Shown: positions 53,433 to 62,646 of the stretch, piece after piece
Layout: each line of letters opens with the position of its first letter
Numbering within the stretch: the stretch's first letter is position 1
Virus record (IMG/VR): IMGVR_UViG_3300043446_005562
Coordinates: 62,001-126,000 of that record
Reading direction: 5' to 3' (one strand)
DNA: 64,000 nucleotides
Notes under the pieces: model-generated
What the model saw: the letters and a program-made list of their open reading frames with translations, nothing else
What the model was told of the DNA's origin: nothing
The model's database searches: none
Position numbers and translations under genes: made by a program

Positions 53433-55658
53433 TTATCTTATTATTTTATCCACTTGAAATACAAAGTTTACTGGATCAATGCAAGTAATTTCAATGATAG
53501 GTCTGCCGGTTCTACCGTAATTAACTGGAAAATCGGCTTGAGTTAACGTATCAATTATTACGCTGTATTCAGCTACTTGATTTGATGCATTGGCTGCATC
53601 TGTTTTAATGTATATTGTGTAGTTATTTGGTACAATTTGAGTGTCAATTACAAGCCTAACCGTTTGGCCCTTTCTCCAGTTATAAACAGAGTCGTCTAAT
53701 TTTATCGTTTGATCCGATGTTAGGGTCCAACTTGCTGGATTCAAATTATTTTGTGAAATTGGCTTGTAGTGCTTGTAGTAGGTATTTGAAGTACCTAGAG
53801 TAAGCGTGGTAACATTTAAAATATTGATTAGGGTACTTGATAAATCAACTTGTGACATATTTGAATAGGCTTGAACGTCTGATGCAATTGTCATTTGACC
53901 TGGCACAGTTTTATCCAACACAATACCGTAGCCCTTTTTAAATGGGGCTAAATTATAAGATAGTTGTAGAGAAGTTTGATTATTGTGTAGATCGTCTAGT
54001 CTTGAATTGAGGCTATCAATTAAATCCATAATTGCTGCAGCATTATCAAAGGCCTCGGTTGAGGCAGCAACAGTTGTTTCAACCTGAGAAATCCGTGTTG
54101 CAAGCGCAGCTATCCCAGTTGTATTGGTTAGTGCCTGTTTTGCAGCATCAACGTCAATTTTTAGAGCCTCTAATTCAGCAAGCTTATCATTGAATTTTGT
54201 TTGAAGCTTTCTAAACTCTGTTAACACATCCAAGAAAAGATCTAATCCGACTGTTGTGTAGTCGTTTATTGATTTTTCGACCGCAACGTCTTCAATTGAG
54301 GTATCAAATTTTAAATTTACTTTGAATGCAAATGCATTACCGTTGGTTTTGTTGATTGGATCCGGCTTTTCTTTGGTAATCATTGGTATAATAAAATCAA
54401 TACCGGATTGTTCTACTTTATTTAAAAAGTAAACTCCATATAGATTTGTTGCAGTATCGGTTGGATTGGCTGGATCAAATACATCATAGTAAACCAAGAT
54501 AGCATTGAATTCAAAATCATAATTGCCAACTGAATCATTTAATTGTGCAAGGCTATTAATGTTGCTGTTTTGTTGAGCAACTTTGTAATTAGCTAAATCA
54601 AAATCAATCACGGCACCGTCTAGCGTAGATCTTAAATATTCAACTGATCTAACTGGTGAAGCGTTTTTCTTGTAAATCTTTTGGGTTTTTATAGCAGAAG
54701 AGGCGCTTGAATTTGTCCCGGTTCTAGCCCCATAGTAAGCAGCTTGATCCGTATGATAACTGTTTACAAGTTGATTTGCACCCCACCAAAAACCAACTCC
54801 AGTTGGATTTGAAACTGCATTATATGGAGAAGTTATTGAAGTCCAGTTAATGACAGTATTGGTTACATCTGACATTTTTTGAGTAGCTGAATCTGAATCC
54901 AGATCATAATAGGCTAATAGATCCATGCCGGTGTATGGATGACTATCTGTGTAATGACGGCCCGCTAGGTATTCAACGTCTAACGGATCGCCTGGCGAAT
55001 TTACAACCAGCATGCCTGGATGATAGTTGACATCGGCGATTGAATTAAATAGAACGGTTGGTGAGGTTCCAACATTGGTTGGCACATGTATGTAAAGTTC
55101 GCTATAGGAATTTTCTTTACTCCTAACTGAGTTAATTACATCAATGTCCGCAATGTATTGGACTACTCGATTGTATGAAGTTGAGCTTGCATCTCCCCAA
55201 TCTTCAGCCCAACGGCTTTGATTTACTGGAAGAGTTGAAATTACCTCGGTGTTGTTAGCCGCTCTCCAACGAATTGCACCAGTCTCTTTAAGCCATTTCC
55301 AAAAAACACGTTCGCTTACATTCAATTTTTGCTCACGAGCATAGGCCTCTTGGGATATCAATAGCGTCTCTAAATTAAGAGCATAATTTTGAAAGCTCTT
55401 GGCTAAGTTGATATTTTGATTTGCGCTCAATCCGGTAGTGATTGGTGTTTCGCCAACCGCTAAAAATTGAGTACGATTATCTGTTGCCATTGTTGTTGGA
55501 ATTCCTATTTCAGGAATTCGCAAAAGAGCAAATTTTGAAAATCTAAATTTATTCGTATTATTATTGAATGTTAAACTTAGATCCTCAAGCGAACTCTGGA
55601 ATGTATAGAACATTCCTTTTTGAGTCTGAATTGGTTTTATTAAGGGTGCAACTGCCAT
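53433..55658 (-). CDS. Virion structural protein with central coiled coil
   Basis: 741 aa; heptad-like FRKLQTKFNDKLAELEALK...; structural gene context. Confidence 0.55.
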   Translation of the reverse strand: MAVAPLIKPIQTQKGMFYTFQSSLEDLSLTFNNNTNKFRFSKFALLRIPEIGIPTTMATDNRTQFLAVGETPITTGLSANQNINLAKSFQNYALNLETLLISQEAYAREQKLNVSERVFWKWLKETGAIRWRAANNTEVISTLPVNQSRWAEDWGDASSTSYNRVVQYIADIDVINSVRSKENSYSELYIHVPTNVGTSPTVLFNSIADVNYHPGMLVVNSPGDPLDVEYLAGRHYTDSHPYTGMDLLAYYDLDSDSATQKMSDVTNTVINWTSITSPYNAVSNPTGVGFWWGANQLVNSYHTDQAAYYGARTGTNSSASSAIKTQKIYKKNASPVRSVEYLRSTLDGAVIDFDLANYKVAQQNSNINSLAQLNDSVGNYDFEFNAILVYYDVFDPANPTDTATNLYGVYFLNKVEQSGIDFIIPMITKEKPDPINKTNGNAFAFKVNLKFDTSIEDVAVEKSINDYTTVGLDLFLDVLTEFRKLQTKFNDKLAELEALKIDVDAAKQALTNTTGIAALATRISQVETTVAASTEAFDNAAAIMDLIDSLNSRLDDLHNNQTSLQLSYNLAPFKKGYGIVLDKTVPGQMTIASDVQAYSNMSQVDLSSTLINILNVTTLTLGTSNTYYKHYKPISQNNLNPASWTLTSDQTIKLDDSVYNWRKGQTVRLVIDTQIVPNNYTIYIKTDAANASNQVAEYSVIIDTLTQADFPVNYGRTGRPIIEITCIDPVNFVFQVDKIIR

Positions 55659-55670
55659 GTAGTTTTAAAA

Positions 55671-56819
55671 TTAGTTTACAACACAAATATTGTGACTGCT
55701 AGTTATTGTGAAATATGATGAGTTTGTTTCCTGTTGAGTTTTTGTTAAACTAACGCTAGATCCACGATATTGAGGAGTTGCTCCGCTTTGAACGTTTGTG
55801 TTGAACATTTTGATGTAGGCTTTATTATCAAGAGTTGAACCTGACGTGCTTGCGGTTACTGCCGCAGTTGCGCTACCCGGCAGAGAGTTCCAAAGAGCAC
55901 TATTGATGTAGCCGGTTTTTAGATTACCACTACCGGTTGAGGCACTTTGTGTGAAACCTGAAATAATATTGATTCCCACAGTTGGGCTAGTCGCTGGGTC
56001 ATTTGGAGCTGGCCAGTTTGCAACAGCAACCGCAGTTGATCCATTAGACTCGTAAATTTTATTGATAATAATTGTAAAAGTTTGACCAACCGCTGGGCGA
56101 CTTGTTGAGCTTGTATAGTCTTCATGCAGAAGTAACCAAATTGGTTTTGAACTTGTTTGTGTGTAACCTGCTGGTAAAACTAGATCAATATAGATGAATT
56201 GTGGATCGGTTTTAGCAAGGGTTAGATTTGCATAGGTATAGGTTGTACTGTTTGCAGTCAATTGAATTGTTCTTGAAAATATTGAACTCTGTTGAATTGC
56301 CTGCTTTGCAAAATTGGCTTCTCCGTAAAATCTAGAAGGGATGGCGGTTGAACTGTCCGGATCTCCAACATATAAACCCTTATCAGCAATACCCGATCCG
56401 CCTGAGGTTGGAAAACCTAGAGCCGTTCCACCAGCAGTTGTTCCAATAACAACGGTTGGGGTTGAAACTTTTGAGCCAGTTGCAGTTGACTGTAGAGTCT
56501 TTGTGAATGAGATATTATCCGCTAAAAATGTTGATACTCCAGCACTTTGAGTCAGCGATGCAATGGTTGCAGCTGCGCCACTTGTTCCAGCCTTGAATAG
56601 GATTTGGTTGGAAACAACCACGTTGTTAGAGTAAACTTTTTCAACTGGATTATCGACGCCGATGTATTTATTGACCAGGTCGATTTCAAGTTCATTAATA
56701 ACGTCTTCTAATTGAGTTCTCAATAGAGTAACGTTTGCGTTAACGATCAATCTCATATCTGAGATGAAAGTTGTCTCCAGAAGTGGAGTTGTTGATAGAT
56801 TGGTTGGAGTAAATGCCAT
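55671..56819 (-). CDS. Fibre-like structural protein
   Basis: Start moved to ATG 56819 (MAFTP) because a GATAAATAA motif lies at 56845-56853; S/T/G-rich. Confidence 0.6.
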   Translation of the reverse strand: MAFTPTNLSTTPLLETTFISDMRLIVNANVTLLRTQLEDVINELEIDLVNKYIGVDNPVEKVYSNNVVVSNQILFKAGTSGAAATIASLTQSAGVSTFLADNISFTKTLQSTATGSKVSTPTVVIGTTAGGTALGFPTSGGSGIADKGLYVGDPDSSTAIPSRFYGEANFAKQAIQQSSIFSRTIQLTANSTTYTYANLTLAKTDPQFIYIDLVLPAGYTQTSSKPIWLLLHEDYTSSTSRPAVGQTFTIIINKIYESNGSTAVAVANWPAPNDPATSPTVGINIISGFTQSASTGSGNLKTGYINSALWNSLPGSATAAVTASTSGSTLDNKAYIKMFNTNVQSGATPQYRGSSVSLTKTQQETNSSYFTITSSHNICVVN

Positions 56820-56861
56820 TTTACTAGTTTCTTTTTTTCTGTTTTTATTTATCAAAACCCA

Positions 56862-59800
56862 TTAGTGGTGGGTCATTTTGAGCTTTCGGTCGTTGAGTTG
56901 TTTTTCGATTGTCCTAAAATAGTCAATTGGGGACAGTACATTACATATTGCGGTTTGAGTTGGAGTTGAGAATTCATTACTTCTAGAGTCTCGAGTAACC
57001 GCGGTTAATTTGTATTGGCCTGGCTCTGGGAATCTCCAAACAAAATAGGATGGAGTTTTCAACTTTATTATTGTATTGCCAATCATGTCACTTAAAGTCC
57101 ATTCGGTTTCAATATTAGAACTGATATTTGAAATTATTACAAATATTGGATGAAACGTTGGAATTGTTAGAGTATCACCAGTTATTTTTGTATTGACCAA
57201 ATTAAATGAGTTTTCATCATAATACGAAGGTAAATAGCCGGTTTGAACTGGCTCAATGCTTGCGCTTGGATCCTCTGGCACAATATATTCGAATTTTATG
57301 TAGCCGTTGTCTATCCAATACTGAATATTTGAAGCCGGCGCAGGTTTACCCAGATTCAAGTCCTTTACAATATCATCAAATGGACTTGCTAGAAATAGAA
57401 GATCTTCGTCCACGACTTTATTGACCTGGGAGAGTGTTTGTTGAATACTGCTAAACGCAGTATTGTCAAAGATATTTCTAGGATTATTAAAGGTATAGAC
57501 TGGAATTATTTGAAGTACAATAAACGAGTTTAAATCTCCGCCGCTATCCATTGCGGTTGAGGCAATCATAGTTAATGAGGTTTCATCAATCTGAGTAATT
57601 AAACCCTCAACGTAATCCGTTCCGCCCGATGGGCTGTAACCTGTGCTTAATATTTGTATTTGGTCGCCAACTGCTAAATAGGAGTTTAGATTTAAGTCGG
57701 TGAGAAGTGGATCTTGTGTAAGAGTGTAGGTTTCGCCTTCTGTTATTGTGGTGGTTGATAGTGAGGCAACTCCGTCTGTTAGTTCGTAGCCTGAACCTAA
57801 ATTATCCAATCCAGTAACCCTCTTGGTTAATTTAATAATCATGCTATTGCTCTTTTGTTGCAATTTAGCGGTGGCTTTGATATTTGAGCCAATTTTTTGA
57901 TATCTAAAATTATTCCAGCCAGGATAAGAAGTTGTCTGTAGGAAATCGAGTAGATCATCAACGGTAAAGGTTGCGCCAATCTCAGAAGTTAAGTCAAGCT
58001 CATTGAACCCTCCAAATCTTAGGCTAACTAAATTTGAATTTGGTGAATCGTTTAGGTCAATTAGATTGGTTAGTGTGTAACCGTTTAAGGTATCACCAAT
58101 GTATCCAAAATCGCTAAAGTCCAAATGATATATTTCATTTATTTTTGCGGTTGCGTAATCTGAAATTGTTGGTTGGCCGTTTTTTATGCCGGTGCCCCAA
58201 TATTTTTTGTTTGCATTGGTTGAGACTGAGTAGGGTTCGTATCCTGTTGAAAGGCTGTTAAATATCTGAATTTCGTCCTGATGGCCGCCTACTCCATAAT
58301 AATTAGAATAGGTGTACCAGTCTAAATATTGATTTGAGATTGTTGTTATTGCACCGTTTTCTCCATTTGGATTAATGATGTTTGCAAAAGGATCATACAG
58401 TGGACTGTTGGTAAGATCACCAATTGTTACATTGTGAAGTGATCTAAAATCGTACTTGAATTTGTCTTGAATTTTTGTAAATACTTGTATTGTTGGAATT
58501 TCGGTATTCACAGTTATGGTTTTGTAGTCAACCGAGATTCCACCCTGTAAATCATAAATTTTTATCTGAATATCGTAGTTTCCAACATAAGGTAAAATAT
58601 GAGGCAATTTAGCAAGATCGCCGACTGCTCCACGAATTTCAAAATGATAACCTTTAGGCCCATCAATTATCCACTCTAATTCATATCCATTTTTATATTT
58701 TAGATTAGACAGAGTAAAATGGGTATCAACAATGTGAATTGTCCAACTTGTGTTGTTTGTCGCGTATCCATTGTAATCGGTGATTAAAACCTCAATTGTA
58801 TTTGTGGCTTGGCCTATTGGATTCACAGCTGTCACTTTGCCTAAAATCCATTGTGAAGTGTCTGTTGTGATGTATATTTTTATGGGAGTATCAACCTTGA
58901 ATGGCTGAACCGACGCACACGTAAAATACTTTGTTCCCGTGCTAATATTGTTGGAGGTTGATGAAGTTGACGGTGAAACTACTGTGAAATCGATAAATGA
59001 TAAGCTGTCTAATTCCTGTAGAGTTAAATCAGTTATAAAGGCCTCAAGTACAACTGGGCAGCCGATTGTGTCCAACACGTCATCGCCTGGAGTCAGTGGG
59101 CTTGCTTCACCAATATTTGTGTATTCATGTTCGGTAACCGCTGTGTAATAGCTCTCAATTGCATCGTTTAGGTAACTAATTTGTGCAGTTGGATACTTTT
59201 GATCCGACGAATAGGGATTTGCTGTGCCATAATTAAAGCTTAGCGCTGGAAAGGCTGATGTTCCATTTATTTTTGGATAAAGCGTTTTAATATCTCTAAT
59301 CTTTAGGTTTAGCGCAGTTAAGTTTGGAGAGAGTATTTTTATTGAATAGACATCATTTACTTTGAGCTCCTCAATTTGAGTCTCGTCCAACCAATTACGT
59401 AGATTAAACTTATTGAAATAGATGAATTCACCAATGATGTCTTTGATGATTACGTTGACTGGAATGACTTCGTTTTTAAGTTTTCTAGCAAGACCGTGTA
59501 GTTTGAAAAATATTTCGTCAACTGTGAAATCAGTTGTTGCCTCTACCTCCGGTAAACCATCATCATCGTATACGTCTGTTGCTACGGTAAATTCATAAGC
59601 CAATGCTAAAAACTCGGTCTTTCTAAATTTTAAACCATTTCTAATTTGGCTGTTTTCGTCAACTAGATTAACTTTGTTAATGTCTCCCAACTGCATTAGA
59701 TCAGTTACGTCAACCATTGCAAGTTTATTGTAGTAGGTTGAATTGGGATCGCGGTCTCTCCAGTATTCTTTGACTCTGAGCACATCCTTATAGCCCATTA

Positions 59801-60500
59801 ATGTGATTAGGTTAAGTAGGCCCTTGTAGGTACCAACGTATGGATAAACTTGGTCTACACTGACTAGTAATTGCTTTCTAGCCTGGTTAATTTGTGCCCA
59901 GTCAGGTAAGCCCTCCTTAAGATCGTAATCCTTAAGTAGTAGAGCGTCTTCTCGATTGAATTTTACTCCAAAATTGCTTAGCCATATCCTAAATCTCTCG
60001 TCCTCGTCTTCTCCTTCTCCGTAAAATGTCATCTCCAACACAAGAGTTGATTCGCTCGCGGTTGTGTAGTAGACTTGAAGAACTCTGGAATAGGATTTTT
60101 CTTGAGCTGGGGTAAATGCAACATTAAGCTGCATTGGATAGCTTATGTCTAAAGGTTGTGCTGAGACTCCAAAATCACTGTGATTGATTGTTAGAGAATC
60201 TTGTTTGGTTAAAAAATTATGAGTTCCGTCTGGCAGTTTTTCTTGAGAAACTGTGAATATGAAAAAGTTGTCAGCTGAGTCAGCAGTTTTCCATTTAAAC
60301 TCGAATTTTGTGTCAGGATCTAATTTTGGATAGGAATAGACACCGTTTGTATTTTCAAGAATAAAGATATTGGAACAATCGTACAGAGCGGTTGAAATTG
60401 GCAAAAAATAGTCAGCTCCAGCCCAATAACCGTCGGTTGTTTGGCTTAAGTTATAAGCTTCTCCGTTCTTGTCAAAAAAGACGAGATTGTTAATATCCAT
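56862..60500 (-). CDS. Baseplate wedge-like protein (P2 gpI / T4 gp7-like N-terminal part) with PKD/Ig-like domains
   Basis: YPYVGTYKGLLNLITLMGY...VKEYW motif; GNYDIQIKIYD and PGQYKLTAVTRD PKD-like strands. Confidence 0.55.
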   Translation of the reverse strand: MDINNLVFFDKNGEAYNLSQTTDGYWAGADYFLPISTALYDCSNIFILENTNGVYSYPKLDPDTKFEFKWKTADSADNFFIFTVSQEKLPDGTHNFLTKQDSLTINHSDFGVSAQPLDISYPMQLNVAFTPAQEKSYSRVLQVYYTTASESTLVLEMTFYGEGEDEDERFRIWLSNFGVKFNREDALLLKDYDLKEGLPDWAQINQARKQLLVSVDQVYPYVGTYKGLLNLITLMGYKDVLRVKEYWRDRDPNSTYYNKLAMVDVTDLMQLGDINKVNLVDENSQIRNGLKFRKTEFLALAYEFTVATDVYDDDGLPEVEATTDFTVDEIFFKLHGLARKLKNEVIPVNVIIKDIIGEFIYFNKFNLRNWLDETQIEELKVNDVYSIKILSPNLTALNLKIRDIKTLYPKINGTSAFPALSFNYGTANPYSSDQKYPTAQISYLNDAIESYYTAVTEHEYTNIGEASPLTPGDDVLDTIGCPVVLEAFITDLTLQELDSLSFIDFTVVSPSTSSTSNNISTGTKYFTCASVQPFKVDTPIKIYITTDTSQWILGKVTAVNPIGQATNTIEVLITDYNGYATNNTSWTIHIVDTHFTLSNLKYKNGYELEWIIDGPKGYHFEIRGAVGDLAKLPHILPYVGNYDIQIKIYDLQGGISVDYKTITVNTEIPTIQVFTKIQDKFKYDFRSLHNVTIGDLTNSPLYDPFANIINPNGENGAITTISNQYLDWYTYSNYYGVGGHQDEIQIFNSLSTGYEPYSVSTNANKKYWGTGIKNGQPTISDYATAKINEIYHLDFSDFGYIGDTLNGYTLTNLIDLNDSPNSNLVSLRFGGFNELDLTSEIGATFTVDDLLDFLQTTSYPGWNNFRYQKIGSNIKATAKLQQKSNSMIIKLTKRVTGLDNLGSGYELTDGVASLSTTTITEGETYTLTQDPLLTDLNLNSYLAVGDQIQILSTGYSPSGGTDYVEGLITQIDETSLTMIASTAMDSGGDLNSFIVLQIIPVYTFNNPRNIFDNTAFSSIQQTLSQVNKVVDEDLLFLASPFDDIVKDLNLGKPAPASNIQYWIDNGYIKFEYIVPEDPSASIEPVQTGYLPSYYDENSFNLVNTKITGDTLTIPTFHPIFVIISNISSNIETEWTLSDMIGNTIIKLKTPSYFVWRFPEPGQYKLTAVTRDSRSNEFSTPTQTAICNVLSPIDYFRTIEKQLNDRKLKMTHH

Positions 60501-60545
60501 GTGAGTGTTCTACCTTTGAATTATTTATTAAGGGTAGGACTAGAG

Positions 60546-60989
60546 TTAAATAGTGTAGATCTCGCTCTCGCCCGTAAAACTTAATGAGACGAATTCCACC
60601 TTTTCACCCTTGCCTATGTGCTTGTAAATCTTTTTGTACTCTTTAGCATAGCCGTTCTTGGCAATTTGAGTGAAATAGGCAAATGCATTATTGGATTTTT
60701 CTTCGTTGAAGTTTTTCCAGTAACGCAAAAGATCCAAGAGGGCGGATTGAATACAGTCTTCGCGGTCTAATGGATTCGAAAAGGTCAATTTTTGAATTGC
60801 CCGGTTTGCAAGCAGCATAAAATACTCAATTGCCTTTGGTGAAAGCTCTCCAGCTTTGTGCTGATAGCCAGTTTCCTCATTAAGTAGTCCATGTTTACAC
60901 CTTATAATTTCATTAGTGAAATCTCGGTTGTTGATGTAGTACTTATTTTGTTTTGCTTTACTTAGGGGTTTAACTGGATCGGTTGCCAT
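60546..60989 (-). CDS. Late-transcription sigma factor (T4 gp55-like)
   Basis: YYINNRDF and NFNEEKSNNAFAYFTQIA motifs characteristic of gp55. Confidence 0.85.
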   Translation of the reverse strand: MATDPVKPLSKAKQNKYYINNRDFTNEIIRCKHGLLNEETGYQHKAGELSPKAIEYFMLLANRAIQKLTFSNPLDREDCIQSALLDLLRYWKNFNEEKSNNAFAYFTQIAKNGYAKEYKKIYKHIGKGEKVEFVSLSFTGESEIYTI

Positions 60990-60990
60990 G

Positions 60991-61659
60991 TTAATTGGGT
61001 TCTTTTAGCGACTCGTGTATTTTTAAAACGGCTAAATAAGCGTCAATCATGTCCATAAATGGTGATTTAACCTCTTGGCCCTTGAGAATCTGGTCCTCGT
61101 ATCTATTTATTGCATTATGTAGATCGCTGTTTATTGCGAGTCTTGGATTTTCTTTAAATATTTTGTAAATATCAAACTTTCCGGCATTACCCTTTGCACC
61201 AATTGCATTTTTAAGCTCGCCGGGTGAAAATATGAATACTCTTTCGCTGTGACCAGCTAAAATTCTGTCTAAAATAGCCTTTCTCATCATACCTGTCGAT
61301 TGGGCTATGTCTAATAAGGCATTGCCTTGGGCGCCGTACGCAATACCCTCAATTGAAACTATGACCAGGTCTTCATTTTTGACCTTGGCTAAAATCTCGG
61401 TCACTAGCGCATCGACTAGGGTTGAATAGTTTGATAGCTTAGACCTTTCTATTGCTGAATAGGTATCTTGGCCCTTTTGCCTAGCTGGTAAATGAACAAA
61501 TTTAAGCCCCTTGAACTCTGATTCAATGTCGTCTAGGAACTTTTTGTAAATTTTAGTGGTATTAGTATTGACACAGGCGATCCAGCTGAAACTTTTGAAG
61601 TCTCGACTAATGCAGACTGCTGGGAACTGTATTGAAAAATCTATGCCGACGATTATCAA
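60991..61659 (-). CDS. RuvC-like Holliday junction resolvase
   Basis: IVGIDFS, VSIEGIAYG, GAKGNAGK and DMIDAY acidic motifs; TTG start. Confidence 0.75.
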   Translation of the reverse strand: MIIVGIDFSIQFPAVCISRDFKSFSWIACVNTNTTKIYKKFLDDIESEFKGLKFVHLPARQKGQDTYSAIERSKLSNYSTLVDALVTEILAKVKNEDLVIVSIEGIAYGAQGNALLDIAQSTGMMRKAILDRILAGHSERVFIFSPGELKNAIGAKGNAGKFDIYKIFKENPRLAINSDLHNAINRYEDQILKGQEVKSPFMDMIDAYLAVLKIHESLKEPN

Positions 61660-61888
61660 CTTTCATGGGTGTCATTTTGACTATTCTACTCATAAAAAAA
61701 ATTTAGTTTTTAGTCAAAACCTTTTGAGTGCATACTGTAAAAAAAGGGTGTTGGGCGGGTATAGAGCCTTAGATTCTTAGTCTACTTATTTTTATAAAAT
61801 AAAGAATAAGGATTCTTAGAAACTTAGCACTTAGCAACCAATTCTGGCCCAATTTTAGTAAATTGTCACTAATTTTAAACGTAATCAC

Positions 61889-62632
61889 ATGTTCGATCAA
61901 CACCAAATTGAAAAATTTTTATTTTTTGACATTGAAACTGCCGGTATTGAGGCAGACTTTTCAAAATTATCACCCAGATTACAGCAGCAATGGGAACATC
62001 GAGCTGAATTCCTAAGAACTCAGCTTTCTCAAAAGTATCCAGATAATGCAGGCCGAGACACCGCAGACCTCTTTGCTGAAAAATCAGCCTTACAGGCAGA
62101 ATTTGGCAGAATTGTGTGCATTTCATTCGGTAAGGTCAAATTTAACGAGGATGGAGAGCCAAGCGCACAAATCGTTTCATATACTGGCTCCGAAGAAGAG
62201 ATCCTAACAAATGCTTTCAAACTTATTAGCGGTCTAACCAAACAAGGCAGTAAATTACTAGGTCACAATATTAAAAGATTTGATATTCCATTCCTGTGCA
62301 AACGAGCCTTCATTAATCGAATTGAGGTTCCAGCTGCTCTTCAGGTCTGGGATCGTAAGCCTTGGGAAATTCCAGTGGTCGATACCTCAGAATTATGGAG
62401 CTTTGGCGCATGGCAGGAGGGTTTCACCTCACTTGATCTGCTCTCAGCCGTTTTGGGAATTCCTTCACCAAAGGACGAGATGCAAGGCTCACAGGTTCAT
62501 TCCGAGTTTTACGCTGGCAATATTTTAGAGATTCAAAAATACTGTCAAAAAGACGTTATCTCCTTAATAAAGATAATTCTTTCGCTTGCAAACCTAAACC
62601 AAGTGGAAGAATCTAATATAATAATCAAGTAA
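61889..62632 (+). CDS. Stand-alone 3'-5' exonuclease (PolB exonuclease-like, DEDDy)
   Basis: FFDIET (ExoI), GHNIKRFDIPF (ExoII), YCQKDV (ExoIII). Confidence 0.88.
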   Translation: MFDQHQIEKFLFFDIETAGIEADFSKLSPRLQQQWEHRAEFLRTQLSQKYPDNAGRDTADLFAEKSALQAEFGRIVCISFGKVKFNEDGEPSAQIVSYTGSEEEILTNAFKLISGLTKQGSKLLGHNIKRFDIPFLCKRAFINRIEVPAALQVWDRKPWEIPVVDTSELWSFGAWQEGFTSLDLLSAVLGIPSPKDEMQGSQVHSEFYAGNILEIQKYCQKDVISLIKIILSLANLNQVEESNIIIK

Positions 62633-62646
62633 AATAACCAAATTAG

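Noticed and set aside
61824-61850. CIRCE-like half site TTAGCACT upstream of the exonuclease-groEL genes
   Set aside because: The matching GAGTGCTAA half 9 nt downstream is absent, so it is not a CIRCE.
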